A stretch of DNA of 64,000 bases from assembly GCA_951406725.2 (NCBI GenBank), contig OX597832.1:22816001-22880000 (forward strand), read 5' to 3'. A program made the position numbers and the translations under genes. The notes beneath the pieces were generated by a model. It made no database searches. It had not been told where the DNA came from and saw only the letters and a list, made by a program, of their open reading frames with translations. This DNA is from Octopus vulgaris (taxonomy: Eukaryota). Positions 42,385-56,713 of the stretch are shown one piece after another. Every line of letters begins with the position of its first letter. Within the stretch, counting starts at the first letter, position 1.

Positions 42385-42390
<6 letters not shown>
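42076..42390. repeat. Second copy of the agggaataaatcc fold-back family
   Basis: Near-perfect arms ~42153-42388, centre ~42270. Confidence 0.88.
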
Positions 42391-42434
<44 letters not shown>

Positions 42435-43835
42435 TATATATATATATTTACATACACACATATACACACATATACATACATATATATGTGTATATATGTA
42501 TAAATATGTATACACAAACACACACATATGTATGTATGCATCTATCTATCTATCTATTTATCTATCTATTACATATATATGTATATACAACACCTTAGTT
42601 AATTTTGTAATTTCATTGGCAGAAACTGTGTGAAAACCCATGTTGTGTTTATATAAGTTTGTGTATATATAAGTGTGTATGTGTGTGTTGGTCATTGTGT
42701 CTAAGTACATGGTGCGATCAATTTGCGTAGAAACTCATTAAGGCAGTGCTCCAGCATGGCCACAGTCCAGTCACTGAAGCTTTTGAAAGAAACTCAAATA
42801 ACACATAAGCTGTTCATATTTCACGGTTCTCCTCTGTTTCTTTTCAATTAAGCTTAAATTTCGTTTGATCCCAGATAACTGCACCTCATTATCCGAAGAA
42901 TTTGCCTGACTCTTACATGTCGATAGCCAGACGAGGTGGTTGACACTGTACAATCAGCTAGCGAGGCACGCATCAGTTTTCCAGTGCTGCCACCTAGTGC
43001 AGCTGTGATCTGTTCTATTGCTTCCATTTACCTTTATTCAAGACGTCTGTGGAGAAAACTCACTGTCAGTGATAAGATGAGAACAGAGATTTTCTTGGTT
43101 TGTTGTACATGGTTTTTATGGACACAATTGGGTAAGCTGCTCTTCTTAAGCCGCAGTCCAACGATTGAAGCAGGTAAGAGATAAAAGATAACCCTAACCC
43201 TATGTAAAATCAGAAAGAAAGAAACAGCCTACTTTAGTCTACTCAAACTTCGTTTCTTTTCTTTTTAAAGGTTTAATTTGAAAAGGACGTACTAGAGTCT
43301 TGACACTTTTTCAGTACAGAGAAACTAGTAGAGGCAATTAATTCCGAATAGGAAGTCGTGGCCCAAATGCTTGCAACACTGAAGGTACTTGAGGCCGAGT
43401 AATAACGTTAAACGGAACGATGTTGTAAGTACCTCCCTACAAACATTAGTGGCTCTCCTGCCTGTCTTCGATACAGTTTTCTTGTATTATAACCCCTCTC
43501 ACAAGTAGGTCTGTCTTCACAGTGTTACAGTGTACTTGGACAAATCAATAGAGTGGGACACCAACATAAACAACCACGGCTTATATTGATTAGTATTGGA
43601 CCTCTTGAAACCTGCCCCTTCATCCAGAATGTTGTTTTGTAATGGCACCGCCCGTAGGTGAATCTGAGGCAATCGTACAATAATACAACATTTGTAGATC
43701 AATACTAGAGCCCTCGATCCCTGAAGCCCATCACCGTCACACCACCGCTAGGGAAACTTCCCACAGTGCTCATGCCTTAAGATAATACTGCCCATAAGTC
43801 TTTGATGACTCTGAGGCAGTTCTATAGAAATATCA

Positions 43836-44090
43836 GTGGAGGTGCGTGGTTTAGTGATTAGGAGTGTTGGAGTCATGATCGTAAAATTGTGGTTTCGATT
43901 CCTGGACGGGTCGACGCGTTGTTTTCTTGAGTAAAACACTTCATTTCACATTGCTCCAGTCTACTTAGCCGGCAAAAATGAGTAATCATGCGATGAACCG
44001 GCGCTGCATAAAACGGGGAATATATATACGCTAGGAAACCGGCCCTTATGAGTCCACATGACCAGCGAAGGTAACTTTACTTTCACCTTT
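43836..44090 (+). mobile_element. SINE family D
   Basis: Matches 7001-7249. Confidence 0.8.
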
Positions 44091-44760
44091 CCTATAACAA
44101 TATCTAAATACCGTACCCGGCTTCTCGCGAAGGATATACCTCAACCACGTAGCGGTATCTGCACCTATTGATATTAGGTTGTATGAAATATTACATAATT
44201 ATGCAACTCCACATATTTTCTGAAACAATGCAATTATAACTCTGACTTGCCATATCCATTTTGTTTATCAAACATTTACTTGCTAATAGCCATTTCTCTA
44301 TCAATGATGATCACACATCTAAATACGATTACAATGAAACACACTGTGAGTGAAGCAGTGCTTATTCTTGATGTTTATTTAGCTGTTAACTTCTGATCTG
44401 CAGAATAGAAGCGAACACAGCGTATTTCCTAAATGTGAATAGCTTGCTTATTCAGTCAATGTTTACATCAGTTTAAGCATTCATTAACGAAGTGGTTTCC
44501 ATATAATAAGATCGTAATAGCAACTTTGTTCTCCCCAATGGACATATTATTTTCTTTATTCCTGAGTGAGAATCACGACTGCACTTAGCTACAATTCTTC
44601 TAGACGCAATATTTATTTAAATTATGACATTTCTCTGCTGGTATGATACCATCGTGAATATATAAAGCTAATATGGTGAACAGCAATATAATACTACTAG
44701 CTTAGTACCTGTCAAAACTGATAGGGTTAATCTGAATTTAGTTGGAATATATAAGAACAT

Positions 44761-45068
44761 GTGGAGGTGCAATGGCCCAGTGGTTAGAGCAGCGGACTAG
44801 CGGTTGTAGAACCGCGGTTTCGATCGGGCTTTGTGAGTGTTTATTGAGCAAAAACACCTAAAGCTCCACGAGGCTCCGGCAGGAGGCGGTGGCGATTCCT
44901 GCTGTACACTTTCGCCACAACTTTCTCTCTCACTCATTCTTCTGTTGGCCTATTCGCTTAGCCAGTGGGGTGGCGTCATTTGAAGGTTAAAACAATGCGA
45001 AGCGCATTGTGACCAGCGATGTGTAACAACATCTGATAGCCTGGTCGGTCACGGTGATAACAATGATG
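44761..45068 (+). mobile_element. SINE family C head with RTE-derived tail
   Basis: TSD taagaacat at 44752-44760 and 45069-45077; tail matches 8147-8195. Confidence 0.88.
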
Positions 45069-45204
45069 TAAGAACATTCAGACAAATGTTAACTACCTCT
45101 AAATATACGAATTGATATTTGCTAAGCAATTAAGGCGGTCAGCTAGTAGAATGTTTAGCACGCCGAACAAACGTCTTAGCGGCATTTCGTCCGTTTTATA
45201 TTAT

Positions 45205-45770
45205 GGGACGGCAGATCTCAAAAAGAGATAACAACACAAGTCAGTTTAGCCTCTGCTACCATGATGAAGTTTTTAGCAACATGTGTAAAAGCAATTTTAT
45301 CAGTTTTCCAAGATGATTCAGAAAGTACAAGACCCTGGTGACTCCAACCCTCTTGCAACGGGTGTGAGAGCTGAACTCTTATGGCCGATATGAAGAGAAG
45401 AACCCAGGCATTTCAGAACAAGAGCCCCAGGAGGTTATTTCATATCCCGTAGACAGAGCAGAAAACGAACTGCTTTGGCAGGCAGTAAGTCAACAAATAT
45501 GCTAGCAGAGAGGAAAAGCTCTTTGTACAGGTAAAATCAGGAAAGCTTGCCTCGTATGGTCATGTATCCCGCCACATCTTACTGCCCAAAACCATTCTTT
45601 AAGGCGCAGTTGAGAAAGGACGAAAGAGAGGTAGACAGAAAATCTTGGTTTGACAAAATCAAGGACTGGACAGGCCACACCAAGCGAACTTGTTGCTGAT
45701 TACGGAGAAAAAAGACCAGTGGCAAAGGCTGACTATGAAAGCGTCCAAAGTGACACCCCAAGACTGTCTA
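45205..45770 (+). mobile_element. RTE (BovB-like) LINE RT C-terminal fragment
   Basis: With frameshifts: DGRSQKEI..KYKTLV..GCES*TL..AF..RKLASYGHVSRH..KTIL*GAVEKGRKRGRQK..WFDKIKDWTG. Confidence 0.8.
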
Positions 45771-45772
45771 CA

Positions 45773-46181
45773 AGGCGCAGGAGTGGCTGTGTGGTAAGTA
45801 GCTTGTTTACCAACCACATGGTTCTGGGTTCAGTCCCACTGCGTGGCACCTTGGGCAAGTGTCTTCTACTATAGCCTCGGGCCAACCAAAGCCTTGTGAG
45901 TGGATTTGGTAGACGGAAACTGAAAGAAGCCCGTCGTATATATGTATATATATATATGTGTGTGTGTATATGTTTGTGTGTCTGTGTTTGTCCCCCTAGC
46001 ATTGCTTGACAACCGATGCTGGTGTGTTTATGTCCCCGTTACTTAGCGGTTCGGCAAAAGAGACCGATAGAACAAGTACTGGGCTTACAAAAGAATAAGT
46101 CCCGGGGTCGAGTTGCTCGATTAAAGGCGGTGCTCCAGCATGGCCGCAGTCAAATGACTGAAACAAGTGAAAGAGTAAAAG
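45773..46181 (+). mobile_element. SINE family A, full length reference copy
   Basis: Pol III A box (tggctgtgtgg) and B box (ggttcagtcc), ccttgggcaagtg CORE-like segment, internal microsatellite. Confidence 0.93.
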
Positions 46182-46896
46182 ATAGTATTGGTTAAGAAAT
46201 CTTGTTAATAATGATAAGAAGGTTTAGTAAGTTTCGTATTTCGAAAAAGAAACTTCAGCAGAAAATTTTCAAAATATCTCAAAACAGAGAAACACAATTT
46301 CGTGTTAATGAAATTATTACAACGTAAATATCAACAGAATGGTATTTGAATGGTATTTGGTAATAAATATTCACGAGCCAAAAAATAAATATCATAAGAA
46401 ATAACAAGAAACAAATGAAAATAGAACGCCAATTCACCAAACCTTTATTTATACAAAATTTTGTTTATTCATAAAATAAGTATGAAAATTTAAATCATGT
46501 AAGCATTGTATTAAAAAAGATTGATGCAATGTTATTATAAAATGACGTCTTACAATATTCCTTTGGATTAATTCATTATTTTATTCAGGAAAATCTGTGG
46601 TAGTTTATAGAAAATTTGAAGAATAACACTTAATAAATAATAAATAATTGTGCGCACGGATAATAGCGAAGAACCAACACGAAGACGTACATATTTATTC
46701 TTATTACGCTTCGGAAGATTTAAATGTGAAAATTGTATTCGTTATTGTATTCCGTCTTCGGAGAACACCTTTCAGACGATGTGTTCGCAGCAGGCTTGTT
46801 ACAGTAACGTAAGTCGCTTTTGAAAGGCAAAATATATACTCAGACTAAAATTACGAAGCAAACACAACTTTGGGAAAATATGTTTTTCCTGAATAT

Positions 46897-47129
46897 TATT
46901 TCTTTATTGCTCACAAGGGGCTAAACACAGAGGTGACAAACAAGGACAGACAAAGGAATTAAGTCGATTACATCGACCCCTGTGCGTAATTAGTGCTTAA
47001 TTTATCGACCCCGAAACGATGAAAGGCAAAGTCGACCTCGGCGGAATTTGAACTCAGAACGTAACGGTAGACGACATAACGCGAAGCAGTTCGTCCGGCG
47101 TGCTAACGATTCTGCCAGCTCGCCGCCTT
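46897..47129 (-). mobile_element. SINE family B
   Basis: Full-length match. Confidence 0.9.
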
Positions 47130-48161
47130 ACTGAATCTGAGGAATCTTTCGCAACATCGAACGTTATTGCATTTATATTAATAATATACTCCAAATATTC
47201 GGTTCTCTTGGCTTCTGTATTTTACTCAATTTCGTCGTGCAAACGAAAGCTAAGAGTGTTAAAAAACTTATAGTATATTACTTTTATATAGATTATATCA
47301 CTTTTATTCTGTACTACAATCCGTTAGAAATTACCTCCTGCAAAATTCTGTAGTTATCTCCCTTCTCCCTATCTTTACCCTCCTCTTAATTCTGTTTTCT
47401 TTCTCGTTTTCCAATGCCTATATCTGATTTTTTTTTATGCGTTCTTTTACATACTTCAAGAACTGGATGATTGCAAATGTACTGGGGCAATATCTTCAAA
47501 GGTTTCTTCGAAGAGAATCGACTCAGTTTGTCAGTCTGAAATTCATTCGATCGCTCTGAACAAATAAAAATATAAACACAAACGAATACACACACACACA
47601 CACAATCACACATACGATAGATACCGCTAGTTCACAAATTCATTCTGTTGCCTAAATTTACTCAAAAGACACCAACAAGTAGAACCTGCTTGCCTCAGGG
47701 GCTACATATTAGAGTGATCAGCCAAATACGTAACAGTAAAATGAGCGTCTTAACCACACAGCTATACCTGTACTACACACACATACACACACAAACACAC
47801 TCACACATGTCCTGTTGTTTGTATTTGTAACTGTGTACCGGTTCTCGGTTTTGCTTTTTCGCCTTTGTTTTCGTATATATTCCCTTGCTTTCTTCCAATG
47901 AATCTAATGCTGTTAGTTTAGATTTTCTTGCGGGCCGGCCAGATTCGAGCAGTCTCGAGTGTAACCGGCAGAAACTGCTGAGATAATCTGGAACTCGACT
48001 GAGAATAAGAAGTTCCGAATGACCCGTCCTTGTTTGATCCTGTCCTTTTTTGTATCGCTTAACTGTCCGGATGATTTGTTGTCGCCTGTTACGTTCTTGT
48101 TCCATTTTTTTCTTTTTTATCTATATGCATATAGCGGCGTACGTACAATATTGGTCTATGT

Positions 48162-48229
<68 letters not shown>

Positions 48230-48519
48230 CATTTAATTCTGCATTTTTGTCTAGAATGGTTCGGTTAAGGAACAAAATCACTAATAAAGAATCATCGAAA
48301 ATTTTGGCTGCCACCTACGAACACTCGATTGCATATATATAACGTATGTACATACACGTATGTATGTCTGTGAGTTACAAAAAGAATATTATACAGCGTG
48401 GTGAGATTACTGATAGCTGAATGTATTATTTTTATATTAATATCATTAACGAAATTGACGAAAAATATATATAAACAACAAATACAAAAAGAAATATCAA
48501 ATAACAAATAACAAATAGA

Positions 48520-48726
48520 CTTTAGAAAGTCTATTTAAAAATTGCTCTTTATATAAATATTTGGTTCGTACTGGAGCGTAATATATATTTATATGTATAT
48601 ATTGTGTGTGTGTGTGTGTGTGTGTCTGTGTGTGTGTGTGTGTGTATATATATATGTGTGCATATGTATATTTGAGTGTTTCTGTGTATGTATATGTATA
48701 TATGTGCATATATATACATATATATG

Positions 48727-48790
<64 letters not shown>

Positions 48791-48914
48791 TATATATATA
48801 TATGTGGTGTGTGTGTGTGTGTGTATGTATGTATGCATGCATGAATATATGTATATATATATGAGTATATATGCATATATGAATATATATATATATATAT
48901 ATGTGTATGTGTAT

Positions 48915-48948
<34 letters not shown>

Positions 48949-48950
48949 TC
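48520..48950. repeat. (TG)n/(TA)n compound microsatellite
   Basis: Direct reading. Confidence 0.9.
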
Positions 48951-49601
48951 GCGTGTAAACAATAAGATTTGCCTGAATATATATATTATTTAGTGACAAA
49001 CAAAATTTCCTTCAGAAACAGAGCTCTGCTCCCTCCCAAAGGCAAATATAATAAGCTACTTTAATTTACAGATAATCATATGAAATTTATCGATCTGAGT
49101 GTATCAATAAAATCATTTACATTTCTTTATGTAATTTGAAATATATCTAGAATAGAGTAGAATATTAATAACGAAATTCAGAAACATTAAACATTGATAC
49201 TTGAAACAGAAATTGGTGAGTCCTGACGTAAAAGAATTTTTTTTTTGTCGGGGATTAAATACGTACACAATGTGTCGACCCACCCTCAACATGAAACATC
49301 GAAAAAGTGGTTGGTGGTGTATTGCACACTAAATTTCCTTCATATTTCCTTCGTTCACTGGACTGCGGCCTTGCTGGGCTACAGTCTTGACGAGTTGAGT
49401 CAAACGAAATAAACCCAGGGGCTTAATTTGTTTAAGATTGATACTTATTTTAACGGTGTCTTTTGTCAAACCGCCAGGTTAAGGGGGCATAAACAAACCA
49501 ACACCTGTTACCAAGTGGTGATGGAGAACAACAAACGCACATACATATCCACATACCTACACATACACTCACACACACATACTCACACATATAAGTTCCT
49601 G

Positions 49602-49651
<50 letters not shown>

Positions 49652-49869
49652 GTACATGTACATGTATATATATATATATATATATAGATCAAGATAGTCG
49701 TGTGTATATTTGAAATCTAAAGGCTTCCTGCGGACGAAACTAACCTCAGTGAATATATTTTTTTGCTAAAATGAGTTAGAAACCATCGTCTAAGAACTAA
49801 ATTAGATTATAAACGTTTTTAATTTTCATTCATTTCGAGAATTTATCCATAATTAGTGGTTTGAATTTT

Positions 49870-50030
49870 CTACTGCTCTTTCTAGCACAAGGCTTCCTAT
49901 TTGGAAGCCTCTTCATGTGTTCTAATGTACACGATATTTTTATGTGAATAATATATAGTCTATTGACTATTTTTTTTATGCTAGGCCACTGGTAATAATA
50001 ATTTCTATAATTCTTATTACCCTAGTATTA
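49870..50030 (+). mobile_element. (TA)n-terminated element end, same family as 38860-39000
   Basis: ctagcac..gcttcc/ggaagc..tagtc/gacta..tgctaggccactggtaat..attaccct. Confidence 0.75.
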
Positions 50031-50188
50031 TATATATATATAAATGCACACACATATATGGATAAACACATATATATGCATCCTCTCTGTTTCTTCCTAT
50101 ATCTAAGTATACAATCTCTCTCTATATATATGCATGCGCACATCTCTCTCTCTCTCTATCTATCTATCTACATTTCTATCTCTCTCTT

Positions 50189-50223
<35 letters not shown>

Positions 50224-51034
50224 ATATATATAGATAGAGACAGAGTGAGAAAGAGAGATATGGATAGATAGATAGATATACCATCACGTACATATATGCT
50301 TATATATATATATGTGTGAGTGTGCGTGTGTGTATTTGCGTTTATGTGTGTACGTGCGTGTGTGTGTGTACGTGCTTCTGCATGCGCGATTGTGCGGGTG
50401 TGTGTGTGCGTACGTTCGTGCGTGCATACATGTGCGTGGTCCTGCCTGTTTGGTGGTTGAAATACACTTAAGCGTTTCACTGAATAGCTTAACACACCAC
50501 TCAACAAACTAATACAGACGCGCTACGCATTTGATGTTGCCGCCGGCCTTTTTCGTTAACATATCACGGAAAATTCCAGCAGTGTTTACAAGAGTGATTA
50601 ACAGCACAGGGTGGAACGATAACTTTCGCACAAAATGGAATCCACTGTGATCGCTGAACCGCGAAATCTAGTACATTTAAAAATACGAACCCGGCTTGAC
50701 GTCAGATTTTCGTAAAATTCGCAAAGACGGGAAATGTAATATTATGAACAGTCAAATAGTCAGATAATCAGATTTGCTTTTTATCACAAATATTGACTTA
50801 TCACTATTAGGTACCATTCCGGTCCGTTCTATCGAAGCGTAGACTTGTAGACAGTAAAAGCAATTCCAAATAGCAACATTGACAAACAGGCAAACCTTAA
50901 GCTTAGAAAAATAACCAATCAAAATTAAGGATATCACAAATTAAATTCCAAGAGATTTATGGGTATTTATTATTAAGGCAGTATGACTCACCCCAGACAC
51001 CACAAGATATGTTCATTTCTTTCCTTTCTTTCCT

Positions 51035-51070
<36 letters not shown>

Positions 51071-51132
51071 TATTTCTTTCTTTCTTTCTTTATTTCTTTA
51101 TTTCTTTATTTCTTTATCTCTCTTTAATCTTT

Positions 51133-51532
51133 AACTCTTTCACTTGTTTCACTCATTTGACTGCGGCCATGCTGGAGCACCGCCTTTAGTCAAGCAAATC
51201 GACCCCGGGGCTTATTCTTTGTAAACCCAGTTCTTATTCTATCGGTCTCTTTTTGCCGAACCGCTAATTGACGGGGACGTAAACACACCAGCATCGGTTG
51301 TCAAGCGATGGTGGGGGGACAAACACAATCACACCAACATATACACACATATACATATATATATACATATATACGACAGGCTTCTTTCAGTTTCCGTCTA
51401 CCAAATCCACTCACAAGGCATTGGTCGGCCCGGGGCTATAGTAGATGACAATTGCCCAAGATTCCATGCAGTGGGACGGAACCCCGACCCATGTGGTTGG
51501 TAAGTAAGCTACTTACCACACAGCCACTCCTA
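51133..51532 (-). mobile_element. SINE family A
   Basis: Matches 45773-46181. Confidence 0.9.
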
Positions 51533-52111
51533 TTTACATTACTTAACAAAAGAATTATCGCGAAATTGTTCGACACGCAGGACAAAATACTAAGCAATTT
51601 TCCCGGCTTACCGTGCCAAGTTTAAATTCTGGAAAAGAGGGATTCCTCGAAAGAGCGTGGGTAAATCGATTACATCGATCTCTTTGCTCAACTAGTACTT
51701 CTTTTATCGACCCCAAGACGATTAAAAGCAAAGTCTACCCCAGCGGAATTTGAACCCAGAACACAAAGACGGACGAAATGCCGCTAAGCATTTTCCCAAG
51801 GTTCAAAGATCCTGCCTGGCCGATAAAATATGCTTAACGGCCGTTTATGTTGGTCTAGGAGAAGTAAAACCAAGGTCAAATTTCAGCCCCCTAAAGTCAT
51901 GTGGGTAGCCCTAAGAAAGTTAGTGTTCACCAATATGAACGTAGCGAAGAAGATGGGCGGGAAGTTGAAACTCTAAAGAAAATTTGAGATGATGCACCCA
52001 AAACACGAAGTGGCTTTTTGTCAAAATTGGCCGATTAGAATGAAGCACGTACTCGTTAGTGTAATCAATATCAAGTAAGATGTTTTACCTGAAATTTAAG
52101 TCTTAACACGA

Positions 52112-52685
52112 GGCACTCCGTCGCAGCGACGACGAGGGTTCCAATTGATCCAATCAATGGAACAGCCTGCTCGTGAAATTAACCTGCAAGTGGTTGAGTA
52201 CTCCACAGACATGTACCCTCAATGTAGTTCTCAGGGAGATTCAGCGTGACACCGAGTGTGACAAAGCGGTGAGCTGGCAGAAATGCCGGGCGAAATGCGT
52301 AATGGTATTTCGTCTGCCGTTACGTTCTGAGTTCAAATTCCGCCATGGTCGACTTTGCCTTTCATCCTTTCGGGGTCGATGAAATAGGTACTAGTTACGC
52401 ACTGGGGTCGATATAATCGACTTAATCCCTTTGTCTGTCCTTGTTTGTCCCCCTGTATGCTTAGCCCCTTGTGGACAATAAACAAATAAGAGTGTGACAA
52501 GGCTGGCCCTTTGAAATACGGAGTGAAAGACTACAGTAGGGTTCGCGGACACCTCCTGCCGGAGCCTCGTGGGGATTTAGGTATTTTCACTCAATAAATA
52601 CTCAGAACGCCCAGTCTGGGAATCGAAACTGCGATCCTACGACCGCGAGTCCGCTGCCCTAACCACTGGGCCATTGCGCCTCCAC
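52112..52685 (-). mobile_element. SINE family C interrupted by a family B SINE (+, 52265-52489)
   Basis: Outer TSD taagtcttaa; inner TSD gagtgtgacaa at 52254-52264 and 52490-52500. Confidence 0.9.
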
Positions 52686-52699
52686 TAAGTCTTAATAAC

Positions 52700-52924
52700 T
52701 ATTTCTTTATTACCCACAAGGGGCTAAACATAGAGGGGACAAACAAGGACAGACATAGATATTAAGTCGATTACATCGACCCCAGTGTGTAACTGGTACT
52801 TAATTTATCGACCCCGAAAGGATGAAAGGCAAAGTCGACCTCGGCGGGATTTGAACTCACAACGTAATGACAGACGAAATACCGCTAAGCATTTCGCCCA
52901 CCGTCCTAACGATTCTGCCAGCTC
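52700..52924 (-). mobile_element. SINE family B
   Basis: Near full-length match. Confidence 0.9.
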
Positions 52925-53256
52925 CTTAGTACCTTCCATTTGATATAGCAGTTTCAGTAACACTTTTTTCTGAAAATAGAATTTTTTTTACATTCCACTT
53001 AAGATTTTCATACTAAAAAAAATGGATATCTTAAAAAATGTGGAGTTTAAATTAATTTATCAAGCTTGGAAGAGTTCTGAGTATTAAATTGACGAATGTA
53101 CTGTAAACGAATACATCGCTCTCTCGTCTATGATAGAAGTGTGGCTGTGTAATTTACACTAATCAACTTATCAATTGGAAATATCAACACGAATTTGATA
53201 TGAGATGATTCATGTTCTAAACCGTGGTTGAGTGAGTTGAATAATGATGATGAGGA

Positions 53257-53291
53257 TCCGATTCCAGTATGGGTACTGCCGAAGCGAGTAC
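53257..53291 (-). pseudogene. 3'-truncated U6 snRNA retrocopy
   Basis: GTACTCGCTTCGGCAGTACCCATACTGGAATCGGA versus U6 5' end GTGCTCGCTTCGGCAGCACATATACTAAAATTGGA; flanking repeats tgatgatga(g/a)gat. Confidence 0.75.
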
Positions 53292-53493
53292 ACTGATGAT
53301 GAAGATTAGGAGTGAAGAATATAATTAAATATGTGATTAAGTATTTCGGTGCGATTATATTCAAGGATGATATACAAATGTCTATATTAGTCTCATATAT
53401 TGAAAATATTTGAAATACATACAGACATACCTACCTACGTACTTACATACCTACATCTGTCTCTCTGTCTCTCTGTCTCTCTCTTTATCTCTT

Positions 53494-53566
<73 letters not shown>

Positions 53567-53665
53567 ATCTAACTATATATCAATATATCTATCTATCTAT
53601 CTGTCTATCTATCTATCTATTTATCTGTCTGTCTGTCTATCTCTAAATCTGTCTATTAATATATC

Positions 53666-53708
<43 letters not shown>

Positions 53709-54276
53709 ACATATGGATTAAATAAGTCTAACGTGATGCTTTAATATAATAATAACTTTGCCTAAGGCGACGAGCTGGCAGAACACTTAGCATCACGGAC
53801 AAAATACTTAGCGGCACTTCGTCCCTCTCTGAGTTCAAATTCTGTTGATGGCGACCTTGCGTTCATCATTTCTACTTCAGGAGAATGAATATCAGTTCAA
53901 CCCTTGGTTCAATGTAAACGATTTGCCCTCTCAGTCGATATTGGTAACATTATCCCAACATCTGAAACAAATGTAATGCATTCGTTCGTTACTGTTTTCT
54001 TTTTCAGTTTTTTTACGAGGCGCAAAGGCTTTCATTGGTGGAGCGGTTGTGACGGCAAAGGGAATGCTCTGGTGTGGTCTTTTGCGGTTTTTCACGCGTT
54101 GATGACCAATCCTGCGGTGGAATTTGAATTCAGAATATTAAGAACATATATATTTATATGTAGGTGTGTGGAAATGTGCTTGTATGTGTCTGTCTGTCTC
54201 TCTAGGTATACGCACATACACATGCACACGCACACATAAACACATACATACACACATACATACACACACATACATG

Positions 54277-54327
<51 letters not shown>

Positions 54328-55206
54328 GGATCAGTCACGCCCACTTGGGGAACCGCTGCTATGAATGTATTTTTCTGCAAATGTTTCTTTTCTTCTTTGT
54401 GCCGCATTCTGTCAATAATACTTCTCTGTATATATTCAAGTTTGACATAAAACTAAACAGGCTAACAACTTTTTTTTTTTTACTGCTGTGATACGAATGC
54501 AGACGATATCGAAATACCCAGACAAAGTAAGACATCTTTATCAATCAATTCTGCACGAGAAGCAGAAATAAAATATTAGTTTATCCAATAACTTCTCAAT
54601 TTGATGTTTATTTAATGAAGAAATTGCGATAAAATTTCGCTATTTTTTTCGTTTTTTCATTTATTTATTTTAGACAAATAAGGATTTCATAAAAACTTTC
54701 AATAAGAATTTTATTTCTAAATTAGTCCAAAACAAAGCAAAAATTAATTATTCATTATTTTCTGAGAGAATCTGAGAAAATGACTGCAATAAAGCAAATG
54801 TCAAATACCAATACTACATAAATAAGATGGTAACTAGTTAATCACTGTAAGTTAAATTATGGCACTAGAGTAATTAGTTTGACTTTAGTATTTTCTTCTC
54901 AACTCTGGCAGAACGCTTGTCAAAGGTTATTTTGATTAAGTGTCTTCGGCGTTGTTTCATTAAACGAAGCTAAAAATATATTCTCATGAATTAATGATTC
55001 TGAAATAAATTAAATAAATAAATAGCAATAATGAAATATTAAAAACAAAGAAAATACTGAACTTTTGTATGAAGGTGGGGATTGAAAGTGTAACATATAT
55101 TTTGAAACAAATATAGACTTCAAGCGATTGTTTTCATGAGAAGGGGAATTCCCAAGCTGGAAAGTATCATATGCTGATTGTAGCAAGCATCCATGTACTC
55201 AATATA

Positions 55207-55620
55207 TATTTCTTTACTACCCACAAGGGGCTAAACATAGAGGGGACAAACAAGGACAGACAAAGAGATTAAGTCGATTACATCGACCCCAGTGGGTAAC
55301 TGGTACTTAATTTATCGACCCCGAAAGGATAAAAGGCAAAGTCGACCTCGGCGGAATTTGAACTCACAACGTAACGACAGATGAAATACCTATTTCTTTA
55401 TTACCCACAAGGGGCTAAACACAGAGGGGACAAACAAGAACAGACAAAGAGATTAAGTCGATTACATCGACCCCAGTGGGTAACTGGTACTTAATTTATC
55501 GACCCTGAAAAGATGAAAGGCAAAGTCGACCTCGGCGGAATTTGAACTCACAACGTAACGACAGATGAAATACCGCTAAGCATTTCGCCCTTCGCGCTAA
55601 CGTTTCTGCCAGCTCGCCGC
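55207..55620 (-). mobile_element. SINE family B with duplicated body inside one TSD
   Basis: TSD catgtactcaatata at 55192-55206 and 55621-55635. Confidence 0.9.
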
Positions 55621-55859
55621 CATGTACTCAATATAATAAACTACACTTGTATTTATTCATCTCGTGGTGGAATAGACATGTTAGCCGATCCACCTCTACT
55701 GATAATAGAGTCTTATGTTTAAAACTATGAGTTTGGTTACCGCCGACGACGGTCACCTGTCGACTCGGCGGTTGACAAGATTTCAAACTAAATTTTCTTA
55801 TAAGTTATCCAAGGTCCTTGCAACGCGGTGTGGCTACAGCTTTCCTCAGATGAAGAGGT

Positions 55860-56215
55860 ATACCTAGGACTTTCAACAAGCAGTTCTAATTTACTGGTTG
55901 TAGTCGCCAGTACTTTGTACCCATAGAATCAGTACTTTTTACAGAAACGTATCATAGTTTCGTCCAATTCACCTACTCAATGTTCACCAATAAGTCTACT
56001 CTAAATTAACAAATGCATTTCGACTCTTCTATTGAAGATAACCAGAACCGTGATCCTGTAAGGGCAAACGACTTCTTTTATACAAATGGCTTCGAGCGAA
56101 AGAAAGAACTTGCGCTTTATATTATCAGCAACATTCTAGGTTACACCATACACATTCAGGATTAAGTTGTCGGCCAAAGGCAGAAGTACTATCATAAAAC
56201 CGTCAGCCATTCCAG
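55860..56215 (-). mobile_element. Highly degenerate LINE APE endonuclease remnant
   Basis: NVYGVT*NVADNIKRKFFLSLE..VLVIFNRRVE resembles VYAPT..K..FY..L..LGDFNARVG. Confidence 0.45.
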
Positions 56216-56372
56216 TAGCAGTCTTAAGGATGTTTCATGTATTTGTGTTGACCGTGATGCCAACATCATGAATTATTTTGAGAAGTATCCTATAAGTTCT
56301 ACTAAATTTTACCCATATACATATTCATTACTCAATATATACATATTCAATATATATATACATACATATATT

Positions 56373-56432
<60 letters not shown>

Positions 56433-56483
56433 TTAGTTGTTGGTATTCGAAACGGTATCTCCAAATACCGTTTATAAAATACA

Positions 56484-56713
56484 AGGCGGCGAGCTGGCAG
56501 AAACGTTAGCACGTCGGGCGAAATGCTTAGTGGTATTTCGTCTGCGTTACGTTGTGAGTTCAAATTCCGCCGAGGTCGACTTTACCTTTCATCCTTTCGG
56601 GGTCGATAAATTAAGTACCAGTTACGCACTGGAGTCGATGTAATCGACTTAATACCTATGCCTGTCCTTGTTTGTCCCTTCTATGTTTAGCCCCTTGTGG
56701 GTAATAAAGAAAT
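56484..56713 (+). mobile_element. SINE family B
   Basis: TSD ggtatctccaaatacc at 56454-56469 and 56715-56730. Confidence 0.9.

Noticed and set aside
42984-43000. CTCF-like motif (gcactaggtggcagcac on minus)
   Set aside because: A single imperfect motif in 64 kb cannot be supported without binding data.
43520-43830. Possible Tc1 DDE remnant on the minus strand
   Set aside because: Only vague motif resemblance and no TIRs found.
50500-50740. CpG-richer stretch with TGACGTCA at 50697-50704
   Set aside because: No adjacent gene or TSS evidence.
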